A stretch of 64,000 bases of DNA from Azolla caroliniana (taxonomy: Eukaryota > Plantae > Polypodiophyta): positions 401 to 64,400 of the forward strand of contig JBHGNT010000154.1 of NCBI GenBank assembly GCA_043228905.1, in the 5' to 3' direction. Below are positions 1-12,900 of the stretch, in pieces. How positions within the stretch are numbered: position 1 is the stretch's first letter; each line of letters begins with the position of its first letter. The notes under the pieces are model-generated. The model had not been told where the DNA came from, searched no databases, and saw only the letters and a program-made list of their open reading frames with translations. Position numbers and translations under genes: made by a program.

Positions 1-551
1 GTAAATTTAAATGTTCATACCTGGTTCGTGTCATATCGGATTTGTGTGTTCAAACATGCGAATCGAAGCTAACAACGCTAGCTATGATAAGGAATTAAAA
101 AATCGAGATTTTGAAACTCAGGTCGAGAGACGTGACAAAATTAGCAAACTTGAGGAGGTAGTTGAGAGGAGCCCTTGAGTAAATTAAAATGTTCATACCT
201 CGCTCGTGTGATATCGGATTTCTGTGTTCAAACATGCGAATCGAAGCTAACAATGCTAGCTATGATATGGAATTAAAAAATCAAGCTTTTGAAACTCAGG
301 TCGAGAGACATGACGAAAATAGCAAACTTGAGGAGGGAGTTGAGAGGAGCCCTTGAGTAAATTAAACTGTTCATACCTGGTTCGTGTCATATCGGATTTA
401 TATGTTCAAACATGCGAATCGAAGCTAACAACGCTAGCTATGATAAGGAATTAAAAAATCGAGATTTTGAAACTCAGGTCGAGAGACGTGACAAAATTAG
501 CAAACTTGAGGAGGGAGTTGAGACGAGCCCTTGAGTAAATTAAAATGTTCA
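1..551 (-). repeat. 178-bp satellite monomers in inverted orientation (about 3.1 monomers; continues off the left edge)
   Basis: The sequence reads as the reverse complement of the main monomer (e.g. GTTCAAACATGCGAATCGAAGCTAAC) with a 178-bp period. Variant bases at 61-150 recur at 417-506 (356-bp dimer period). Confidence 0.97.
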
Positions 552-1683
552 CACAAAAATCCGATATCACACGAGCCAGGTATGAACATTTGAATTTACT
601 CAAGGACTGCTCTCAACTCCTTCCTCAAGTTTGCTAATTTCGTCATGTCTCTCGACCTGAGTTTCAAAACCTTGATTTTTTAATTCCATATCATAGCTAG
701 CGTTGTTAGCTTCGATTCGCATGTTTGAACACAAAAATCCGATATCACACGAGCCAGGTATAAACATTTTAATTTACCTACTAGCTCTTCTCAACTCCCT
801 CCTCAAATTTGGTAATTTCGTCAGGTCTCTCGACCTGAGTTTCAAAATCCTGATTTTTTAAATCCATATCATAGCTAGCGTTGTTAGCTTCGATTCGCAT
901 GTTTGAACACAAAAATCCGATATCACACGAGCCAGGTATGAACAGTTTAATTTACTCAAGGGCTCCTCTCAACTCCCTCCTCAAGTTTGCTATTTTCGTC
1001 ATGTCTCTCGACCTGAGTTTCAAAATCTTGATTTTTAAATTCCATATCATAGCTAGCGTTGTTACCTTCGACTCGCATGTTTGAACACAAAAATCCGATA
1101 TCACACGAGCCAGGTATGAACATTTTAATTTACTCAAGGACTCCTCTCAACTCCTTCCTCAAGTTTGCTAATTTCGTCATGTCTCTCGACCTGAGTTTCA
1201 AAACCTTGATTTTTTAATTCCATATCATAGCTAGCATTGTTAGCTTCGATTCGCATGTTTGAACACAAAAATCCGATATAACACGAGCCAGGTATGAACA
1301 TTTTAATTTACTCAAGGACTCCTCTCAACCCCTTCCTCAAGTTTTGTAATTTCGTCATGTCTCTCGACCTGACTTTCAAAATCTTGATTTTTTAATTCCA
1401 TATCATAGCTAGCGTTGTTAGCTTCGATACGCATGTTTGAACACAAAAATCCGATATCACACGAGCCAGGTATGAACAGTTTAATTTACTCAAGGGCTCC
1501 TCTCAACTCCTTCCTCAAGTTTGCTAATTTCGTCATGTCTCTCGACCTGACTTTCAAAATCTTGATTTTTTAATTCCATATCATAGCTAGCGTTGTTAGC
1601 TTCGATTCGCATGTTTGAACACAAAAATACGATATCACACGAGCCAGGTATGAACAGTTTAATTTACTCAAGGGCTCCTCTCG

Positions 1684-4600
1684 ACTCCTTCCTCAAGTTT
1701 GCTAATTTCGTCATGTCTCTCGACCTGACTTTCAAAATCTTGATTTTTTAATTCCATATCATAGCTAGCGTTGTTAGCTTCGATTCGCATGTTTGAACAC
1801 AAAAATCCGATATCACACGAGCCAGGTATGAACATTTGAATTTACTCAAGGACTGCTCTCAACTCCTTCCTCAAGTTTGCTAATTTCGTCATGTCTCTCG
1901 ACCTGAGTTTCAAAACCTTGATTTTTTAATTCCATATCATAGCTAGCGTTGTTAGCTTCGATTCGCATGTTTGAACACAAAAATCCGATATAACACGAGC
2001 CAGGTATGAACATTTTAATTTACTCAAGGACTCCTCTCAACTCCTTCCTCAAGTTTGCTAATTTCGTCATGTCTCTCGACCTGAGTTTCAAAACCTTGAT
2101 TTTTTAATTCCATATCATAGCTAGCATTGTTAGCTTCGATTCGCATGTTTGAACACAAAAATCCGATATAACACGAGCCAGGTATGAACATTTTAATTTA
2201 CTCAAGGACTCCTCTCAACTCCTTCCTCAAGTTTGCTAATTTCGTCATGTCTCTCGACCTGAGTTTCAAAATCTGGATTTTTAAATTCCATATCATAGCT
2301 AGCGTTGTTAGCTTCGATTCGCATGTTTGAACACAAAAATCCGATATCACACGAGCAAGGTATGAACATTTTAATTTACTCAAGGACTCCTCTCAACTCC
2401 TTCCTCAAGTTTGCTAATTTCGTCATGTCTCTCGACCTGAGTTTCAAAACCTTGATTTTTTAATTCCATATCATAGCTAGCATTGTTAGCTTCGATTCGC
2501 ATGTTTGAACACAAAAATCCGATATAACACGAGCCAGGTATGAACATTTTAATTTACTCAAGGACTCCTCTCAACCCCTTCCTCAAGTTTGCTAATTTCG
2601 TCATGTCTCTCGACCTGAGTTTCAAAATCCTGATTTTTTAATTCCATATCATAGCTAGCGTTGTTAGCTTCGATTCGCATGTTTGAACACACAAATCCGA
2701 TATGACACGAACCAGGTATGAACATTTAAATTTACCTCCTAGCTCTTCTAACCTCACTCCTCAAATTTGGTAATTTCATCATGTCTCTCGACCTGAGTTT
2801 CAAAATCTTGATTTTTTAATTCCATATCATAGCTAGAGTTGTTAGCTTCGATTCGCATGTTTGAACACAAAAATCCAATATCACACGAACCAGGTATGAA
2901 CATTTTAATTTACTCAAGGGCTCCTCTCAACTCCTTCCTCAAGTTAGCTAATTTCGTCATGTCTCTCGACCTGAGTTTCAAAATCTTGATTTTTTAATTC
3001 CATGTCATAGCTAGCGTTGTTAGCTTCGATTCGCATGTTTGAACACAAAAATCCGATATCACACGAGCCAGGTATGAACATTTTAATTTACTCAAGGGCT
3101 CGTCTCAACTCCCTCCTCAAGTTTGCTAATTTCGTCATTTCTCTCAACCTGAGTTTCAAAATCTTGATTTTTTAATTCCATATCATAGCTAGCATTGTTA
3201 GCTTCGATTCGCATGTTTGAACACAGAAATCCGATATCACACGAGCCAGGTATGAACCTTTTAATTTACTCAAGGGCTCGTCTGAACTCCCTCCTCAAGT
3301 TTGCTAATTTTGTCACGTCTCTCGACCTGAGTTTCAAAATCTCGATTTTTTAATTCCTTATCATAGCTAGCGTTGTTAGCTTCGATTCGCATGTTTGAAC
3401 ATATAAATCCGATATGACACGAACCAGGTATGAACAGTTTAATTTACTCAAGGGCTCCTCTCAACTCCCTCCTCAAGTTTGCTATTTTCGTCATGTCTCT
3501 CAACCTGAGTTTCAAAATCTTGATTTTTTAATTCCATATCATAGCTAGCATTGTTAGCTTCGATTCGCATGTTTGAACACAAAAATCCGATATAACACGA
3601 GCCAGGTATGAACATTTTAATTTACTCAAGGACTCCTCTCAACTCCTTCCTCAAGTTTGCTAATTTCGTCATGTCTCTCGACCTGAGTTTCAAAATCTGG
3701 ATTTTTTAATTCCATATCATAGCTAGCGTTGTTAGCTTCGATTCGCATGTTTGAACACAAAAATCCGATATCACACGAGCCAGGTATAAACATTTTAATT
3801 TACCTACTAGCTCTTCTCAACTCCCTCCTCAAATTTGGTAATTTCGTCAGGTCTCTCGACCTGAGTTTCAAAATCCTGATTTTTTAATTCCATATCATAG
3901 CTAGCGTTGTTAGCTTCGATTCGCATGTTTGAACACAAAAATCCGATATCACACGAGCCAGGTATGAACAGTTTAATTTACTCAAGGGCTCCTCTCAACT
4001 CCCTCCTCAAGTTTGCTATTTTCGTCATGTCTCTCGACCTGAGTTTCAAAATCTTGATTTTTAAATTCCATATCATAGCTAGCGTTGTTACCTTCGACTC
4101 GCATGTTTGAACACAAAAATCCGATATCACACGAGCCAGGTATGAACATTTTAATTTACTCAAGGACTCCTCTCAACTCCTTCCTCAAGTTTGCTAATTT
4201 CGTCATGTCTCTCGACCTGAGTTTCAAAACCTTGATTTTTTAATTCCATATCATAGCTAGCATTGTTAGCTTCGATTCGCATGTTTGAACACAAAAATCC
4301 GATATAACACGAGCCAGGTATGAACATTTTAATTTACTCAAGGACTCCTCTCAACCCCTTCCTCAAGTTTGGTAATTTCGTCATGTCTCTCGACCTGAGT
4401 TTCAAAATCCTGATTTTTTAATTCCATATCATAGCTAGCGTTGTTAGCTTCGATACGCATGTTTGAACACAAAAATCCGATATCACACGAGCCAGGTATG
4501 AACAGTTTAATTTACTCAAGGGCTCCTCTCAACTCCTTCCTCAAGTTTGCTAATTTCGTCATGTCTCTCGACCTGACTTTCAAAATCTTGATTTTTTTAT

Positions 4601-7600
4601 TCCATATCATAGCTAGCGTTGTTAGCTTCGATTCGCATGTTTGAACACAAAAATCCGATATCACACGAGCCAGGTATGAACATTTGAATTTACTCCAGGA
4701 CTGCTCTCAACTCCTTCCTCAAGTTTGCTAATTTCGTCATGTCTCTCGACCTGAGTTTCAAAACCTTGATTTTTTAATTCCATATCATAGCTAGCGTTGT
4801 TAGCTTCGATTCGCATGTTTGAACACAAAAATCCGATATAACACGAGCCAGGTATGAACATTTTAATTTACTCAAGGACTCCTCTCAACTCCTTCCTCAA
4901 GTTTGCTAATTTCGTCATGTCTCTCGACCTGAGTTTCAAAATCTGGATTTTTTAATTCCATATCATAGCTAGCGTTGTTAGCTTCGATTCGCATGTTTGA
5001 ACACAAAAATCCGATATCACACGAGCCAGGTATAAACATTTTAATTTACCTACTAGCTCTTCTCAACTCCCTCCTCAAATTTGGTAATTTCGTCAGGTCT
5101 CTCGACCTGAGTTTCAAAATCCTGATTTTTTAATTCCATATCATAGCTAGCGTTGTTAGCTTCGATTCGCATGTTTGAACACAAAAATCCGATATCACAC
5201 GAGCCAGGTATGAACAGTTTAATTTACTCAAGGGCTCCTCTCAACTCCCTCCTCAAGTTTGCTATTTTCGTCATGTCTCTCGACCTGAGTTTCAAAATCT
5301 TGATTTTTAAATTCCATATCATAGCTAGCGTTGTTACCTTCGACTCGCATGTTTGAACACAAAAATCCGATATCACACGAGCCAGGTATGAACATTTTAA
5401 TTTACTCAAGGACTCCTCTCAACTCCTTCCTCAAGTTTGCTAATTTCGTCATGTCTCTCGACCTGAGTTTCAAAACCTTGATTTTTTAATTCCATATCAT
5501 AGCTAGCATTGTTAGCTTCGATTCGCATGTTTGAACACAAAAATCCGATATAACACGAGCCAGGTATGAACATTTTAATTTACTCAAGGACTCCTCTCAA
5601 CCCCTTCCTCAAGTTTGGTAATTTCGTCATGTCTCTCGACCTGAGTTTCAAAATCCTGATTTTTTAATTCCATATCATAGCTAGCGTTGTTAGCTTCGAT
5701 ACGCATGTTTGAACACAAAAATCCGATATCACACGAGCCAGGTATGAACAGTTTAATTTACTCAAGGGCTCCTCTCAACTCCTTCCTCAAGTTTGCTAAT
5801 TTCGTCATGTCTCTCGACCTGACTTTCAAAATCTTGATTTTTTTATTCCATATCATAGCTAGCGTTGTTAGCTTCGATTCGCATGTTTGAACACAAAAAT
5901 CCGATATCACACGAGCCAGGTATGAACATTTGAATTTACTCCAGGACTGCTCTCAACTCCTTCCTCAAGTTTGCTAATTTCGTCATGTCTCTCGACCTGA
6001 GTTTCAAAACCTTGATTTTTTAATTCCATATCATAGCTAGCGTTGTTAGCTTCGATTCGCATGTTTGAACACAAAAATCCGATATAACACGAGCCAGGTA
6101 TGAACATTTTAATTTACTCAAGGACTCCTCTCAACTCCTTCCTCAAGTTTGCTAATTTCGTCATGTCTCTCGACCTGACTTTCAAAATCTTGATTTTTTA
6201 ATTCCATATCATAGCTAGCGTTGTTAGCTTCGATTCGCATGTTTGAACACAAAAATCCGATATCACACGAGCCAGGTATGAACATTTTAATTTACTCAAG
6301 GACTGCTCTCAACTCCTTCCTCAAGTTTGCTAATTTCGTCATGTCTCTCGACCTGAGTTTCAAAACCTTGATTTTTTAATTCCATATCATAGCTAGCGTT
6401 GTTAGCTTCGATTCGCATGTTTGAACACAAAAATCCGATATAACACGAGCCAGGTATGAACATTTTAATTTACTCAAGGACTCCTCTCAACTCCTTCCTC
6501 AAGTTTGCTAATTTCGTCATGTCTCTCGACCTGAGTTTCAAAACCTTGATTTTTTAATTCCATATCATAGCTAGCATTGTTAGCTTCGATTCGCATGTTT
6601 GAACACAAAAATCCGATATAACACGAGCCAGGTATGAACATTTTAATTTACTCAAGGACTCCTCTCAACTCCTTCCTCAAGTTTGCTAATTTCGTCATGT
6701 CTCTCGACCTGAGTTTCAAAATCTGGATTTTTAAATTCCATATCATAGCTAGCGTTGTTAGCTTCGATTCGCATGTTTGAACACAAAAATCCGATATCAC
6801 ACGAGCCAGGTATGAACATTTTAATTTACTCAAGGACTCCTCTCAACTCCTTCCTCAAGTTTGCTAATTTCGTCATGTCTCTCGACCTGAGTTTCAAAAC
6901 CTTGATTTTTTAATTCCATATCATAGCTAGCATTGTTAGCTTCGATTCGCATGTTTGAACACAAAAATCCGATATAACACGAGCCAGGTATGAACATTTT
7001 AATTTACTCAAGGACTCCTCTCAACCCCTTCCTCAAGTTTGCTAATTTCGTCATGTCTCTCGACCTGAGTTTCAAAATCCTGATTTTTTAATTCCATATC
7101 ATAGCTAGCGTTGTTAGCTTCGATTCGCATGTTTGAACACACAAATCCGATATGACACGAACCAGGTATGAACATTTAAATTTACCTCCTAGCTCTTCTA
7201 ACCTCACTCCTCAAATTTGGTAATTTCATCATGTCTCTCGACCTGAGTTTCAAAATCTTGATTTTTTAATTCCATATCATAGCTAGAGTTGTTAGCTTCG
7301 ATTCGCATGTTTGAACACAAAAATCCAATATCACACGAACCAGGTATGAACATTTTAATTTACTCAAGGGCTCCTCTCAACTCCTTCCTCAAGTTAGCTA
7401 ATTTCGTCATGTCTCTCGACCTGAGTTTCAAAATCTTGATTTTTTAATTCCATGTCATAGCTAGCGTTGTTAGCTTCGATTCGCATGTTTGAACACAAAA
7501 ATCCGATATCACACGAGCCAGGTATGAACATTTTAATTTACTCAAGGGCTCGTCTCAACTCCCTCCTCAAGTTTGCTAATTTCGTCATTTCTCTCAACCT

Positions 7601-10600
7601 GAGTTTCAAAATCTTGATTTTTTAATTCCATATCATAGCTAGCATTGTTAGCTTCGATTCGCATGTTTGAACACAGAAATCCGATATCACACGAGCCAGG
7701 TATGAACCTTTTAATTTACTCAAGGGCTCGTCTCAACTCCCTCCTCAAGTTTGCTAATTTTGTCACGTCTCTCGACCTGAGTTTCAAAATCTCGATTTTT
7801 TAATTCCTTATCATAGCTAGCGTTGTTAGCTTCGATTCGCATGTTTGAACATATAAATCCGATATGACACGAACCAGGTATGAACAGTTTAATTTACTCA
7901 AGGGCTCCTCTCAACTCCCTCCTCAAGTTTGCTATTTTCGTCATGTCTCTCGACCTGAGTTTCAAAATCTTGATTTTTTAATTCCATATCATAGCTAGCA
8001 TTGTTAGCTTCGATTCGCATGTTTGAACACAAAAATCCGATATAACACGAGCCAGGTATGAACATTTTAATTTACTCAAGGACTCCTCTCAACTCCTTCC
8101 TCAAGTTTGCTAATTTCGTCATGTCTCTCGACCTGAGTTTCAAAATCTGGATTTTTTAATTCCATATCATAGCTAGCGTTGTTAGCTTCGATTCGCATGT
8201 TTGAACACAAAAATCCGATATCACACGAGCCAGGTATAAACATTTTAATTTACCTACTAGCTCTTCTCAACTCCCTCCTCAAATTTGGTAATTTCGTCAG
8301 GTCTCTCGACCTGAGTTTCAAAATCCTGATTTTTTAATTCCATATCATAGCTAGCGTTGTTAGCTTCGATTCGCATGTTTGAACACAAAAATCCGATATC
8401 ACACGAGCCAGGTATGAACAGTTTAATTTACTCAAGGGCTCCTCTCAACTCCCTCCTCAAGTTTGCTATTTTCGTCATGTCTCTCGACCTGAGTTTCAAA
8501 ATCTTGATTTTTAAATTCCATATCATAGCTAGCGTTGTTACCTTCGACTCGCATGTTTGAACACAAAAATCCGATATCACACGAGCCAGGTATGAACATT
8601 TTAATTTACTCAAGGACTCCTCTCAACTCCTTCCTCAAGTTTGCTAATTTCGTCATGTCTCTCGACCTGAGTTTCAAAACCTTGATTTTTTAATTCCATA
8701 TCATAGCTAGCATTGTTAGCTTCGATTCGCATGTTTGAACACAAAAATCCGATATAACACGAGCCAGGTATGAACATTTTAATTTACTCAAGGACTCCTC
8801 TCAACCCCTTCCTCAAGTTTGGTAATTTCGTCATGTCTCTCGACCTGAGTTTCAAAATCCTGATTTTTTAATTCCATATCATAGCTAGCGTTGTTAGCTT
8901 CGATACGCATGTTTGAACACAAAAATCCGATATCACACGAGCCAGGTATGAACAGTTTAATTTACTCAAGGGCTCCTCTCAACTCCTTCCTCAAGTTTGC
9001 TAATTTCGTCATGTCTCTCGACCTGACTTTCAAAATCTTGATTTTTTTATTCCATATCATAGCTAGCGTTGTTAGCTTCGATTCGCATGTTTGAACACAA
9101 AAATCCGATATCACACGAGCCAGGTATGAACATTTGAATTTACTCCAGGACTGCTCTCAACTCCTTCCTCAAGTTTGCTAATTTCGTCATGTCTCTCGAC
9201 CTGAGTTTCAAAACCTTGATTTTTTAATTCCATATCATAGCTAGCGTTGTTAGCTTCGATTCGCATGTTTGAACACAAAAATCCGATATAACACGAGCCA
9301 GGTATGAACATTTTAATTTACTCAAGGACTCCTCTCAACTCCTTCCTCAAGTTTGCTAATTTCGTCATGTCTCTCGACCTGAGTTTCAAAATCTGGATTT
9401 TTTAATTCCATATCATAGCTAGCGTTGTTAGCTTCGATTCGCATGTTTGAACACAAAAATCCGATATCACACGAGCCAGGTATAAACATTTTAATTTACC
9501 TACTAGCTCTTCTCAACTCCCTCCTCAAATTTGGTAATTTCGTCAGGTCTCTCGACCTGAGTTTCAAAATCCTGATTTTTTAATTCCATATCATAGCTAG
9601 CGTTGTTAGCTTCGATTCGCATGTTTGAACACAAAAATCCGATATCACACGAGCCAGGTATGAACAGTTTAATTTACTCAAGGGCTCCTCTCAACTCCCT
9701 CCTCAAGTTTGCTATTTTCGTCATGTCTCTCGACCTGAGTTTCAAAATCTTGATTTTTAAATTCCATATCATAGCTAGCGTTGTTACCTTCGACTCGCAT
9801 GTTTGAACACAAAAATCCGATATCACACGAGCCAGGTATGAACATTTTAATTTACTCAAGGACTCCTCTCAACTCCTTCCTCAAGTTTGCTAATTTCGTC
9901 ATGTCTCTCGACCTGAGTTTCAAAACCTTGATTTTTTAATTCCATATCATAGCTAGCATTGTTAGCTTCGATTCGCATGTTTGAACACAAAAATCCGATA
10001 TAACACGAGCCAGGTATGAACATTTTAATTTACTCAAGGACTCCTCTCAACCCCTTCCTCAAGTTTGGTAATTTCGTCATGTCTCTCGACCTGAGTTTCA
10101 AAATCCTGATTTTTTAATTCCATATCATAGCTAGCGTTGTTAGCTTCGATACGCATGTTTGAACACAAAAATCCGATATCACACGAGCCAGGTATGAACA
10201 GTTTAATTTACTCAAGGGCTCCTCTCAACTCCTTCCTCAAGTTTGCTAATTTCGTCATGTCTCTCGACCTGACTTTCAAAATCTTGATTTTTTTATTCCA
10301 TATCATAGCTAGCGTTGTTAGCTTCGATTCGCATGTTTGAACACAAAAATCCGATATCACACGAGCCAGGTATGAACATTTGAATTTACTCCAGGACTGC
10401 TCTCAACTCCTTCCTCAAGTTTGCTAATTTCGTCATGTCTCTCGACCTGAGTTTCAAAACCTTGATTTTTTAATTCCATATCATAGCTAGCGTTGTTAGC
10501 TTCGATTCGCATGTTTGAACACAAAAATCCGATATAACACGAGCCAGGTATGAACATTTTAATTTACTCAAGGACTCCTCTCAACTCCTTCCTCAAGTTT

Positions 10601-10649
10601 GCTAATTTCGTCATGTCTCTCGACCTGACTTTCAAAATCTTGATTTTTT
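1684..10649 (+). repeat. 25-monomer (4,450-bp) tandem block duplication: about 1684-6133 and 6134-10649
   Basis: ORF offsets 2198/6648, 3907/8357 and 5907/10357 all equal 4450. The divergent cluster at 2690-3440 recurs at 7140-7890. A few SNPs separate the copies (2357 vs 6807, 3284 vs 7734, 3502 vs 7952). Confidence 0.9.
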
Positions 10650-12900
10650 TATTCCATATCATAGCTAGCGTTGTTAGCTTCGATTCGCATGTTTGAACAC
10701 AAAAATCCGATATCACACGAGCCAGGTATGAACATTTGAATTTACTCCAGGACTGCTCTCAACTCCTTCCTCAAGTTTGCTAATTTCGTCATGTCTCTCG
10801 ACCTGAGTTTCAAAACCTTGATTTTTTAATTCCATATCATAGCTAGCGTTGTTAGCTTCGATTCGCATGTTTGAACACAAAAATCCGATATAACACGAGC
10901 CAGGTATGAACATTTTAATTTACTCAAGGACTCCTCTCAACTCCTTCCTCAAGTTTGCTAATTTCGTCATGTCTCTCGACCTGAGTTTCAAAATCTGGAT
11001 TTTTTAATTCCATATCATAGCTAGCGTTGTTAGCTTCGATTCGCATGTTTGAACACAAAAATCCGATATCACACGAGCCAGGTATAAACATTTTAATTTA
11101 CCTACTAGCTCTTCTCAACTCCCTCCTCAAATTTGGTAATTTCGTCAGGTCTCTCGACCTGAGTTTCAAAATCCTGATTTTTTAATTCCATATCATAGCT
11201 AGCGTTGTTAGCTTCGATTCGCATGTTTGAACACAAAAATCCGATATCACACGAGCCAGGTATGAACAGTTTAATTTACTCAAGGGCTCCTCTCAACTCC
11301 CTCCTCAAGTTTGCTATTTTCGTCATGTCTCTCGACCTGAGTTTCAAAATCTTGATTTTTAAATTCCATATCATAGCTAGCGTTGTTACCTTCGACTCGC
11401 ATGTTTGAACACAAAAATCCGATATCACACGAGCCAGGTATGAACATTTTAATTTACTCAAGGACTCCTCTCAACTCCTTCCTCAAGTTTGCTAATTTCG
11501 TCATGTCTCTCGACCTGAGTTTCAAAACCTTGATTTTTTAATTCCATATCATAGCTAGCATTGTTAGCTTCGATTCGCATGTTTGAACACAAAAATCCGA
11601 TATAACACGAGCCAGGTATGAACATTTTAATTTACTCAAGGACTCCTCTCAACCCCTTCCTCAAGTTTGGTAATTTCGTCATGTCTCTCGACCTGAGTTT
11701 CAAAATCCTGATTTTTTAATTCCATATCATAGCTAGCGTTGTTAGCTTCGATACGCATGTTTGAACACAAAAATCCGATATCACACGAGCCAGGTATGAA
11801 CAGTTTAATTTACTCAAGGGCTCCTCTCAACTCCTTCCTCAAGTTTGCTAATTTCGTCATGTCTCTCGACCTGACTTTCAAAATCTTGATTTTTTTATTC
11901 CATATCATAGCTAGCGTTGTTAGCTTCGATTCGCATGTTTGAACACAAAAATCCGATATCACACGAGCCAGGTATGAACATTTGAATTTACTCCAGGACT
12001 GCTCTCAACTCCTTCCTCAAGTTTGCTAATTTCGTCATGTCTCTCGACCTGAGTTTCAAAACCTTGATTTTTTAATTCCATATCATAGCTAGCGTTGTTA
12101 GCTTCGATTCGCATGTTTGAACACAAAAATCCGATATAACACGAGCCAGGTATGAACATTTTAATTTACTCAAGGACTCCTCTCAACTCCTTCCTCAAGT
12201 TTGCTAATTTCGTCATGTCTCTCGACCTGAGTTTCAAAATCTGGATTTTTTAATTCCATATCATAGCTAGCGTTGTTAGCTTCGATTCGCATGTTTGAAC
12301 ACAAAAATCCGATATCACACGAGCCAGGTATAAACATTTTAATTTACCTACTAGCTCTTCTCAACTCCCTCCTCAAATTTGGTAATTTCGTCAGGTCTCT
12401 CGACCTGAGTTTCAAAATCCTGATTTTTTAATTCCATATCATAGCTAGCGTTGTTAGCTTCGATTCGCATGTTTGAACACAAAAATCCGATATCACACGA
12501 GCCAGGTATGAACAGTTTAATTTACTCAAGGGCTCCTCTCAACTCCCTCCTCAAGTTTGCTATTTTCGTCATGTCTCTCGACCTGAGTTTCAAAATCTTG
12601 ATTTTTAAATTCCATATCATAGCTAGCGTTGTTACCTTCGACTCGCATGTTTGAACACAAAAATCCGATATCACACGAGCCAGGTATGAACATTTTAATT
12701 TACTCAAGGACTCCTCTCAACTCCTTCCTCAAGTTTGCTAATTTCGTCATGTCTCTCGACCTGAGTTTCAAAACCTTGATTTTTTAATTCCATATCATAG
12801 CTAGCATTGTTAGCTTCGATTCGCATGTTTGAACACAAAAATCCGATATAACACAAGCCAGGTATGAACATTTTAATTTACTCAAGGACTCCTCTCAACC
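3560..12900 (+). repeat. 7-monomer (1,246-bp) higher-order repeat, about six copies in two runs (about 3560-6150 and 8010-12900), one extended by a 2-monomer duplication
   Basis: ORF offsets 3907/5153, 8357/9603 and 11205/12451 equal 1246. Offset 9603/11205 is 1602 because of an extra dimer (10357/10713). The diagnostic variants (CCTACTAG, GTTACCTTCGAC, CCCCTT, GATACG, TACTCCAGGACTGC) recur in the same order. Confidence 0.88.

Noticed and set aside
500-640. Transposon terminal inverted repeats or a MITE at the inversion
   Set aside because: Both arms and the spacer are pure satellite, with no target-site duplication or foreign sequence.
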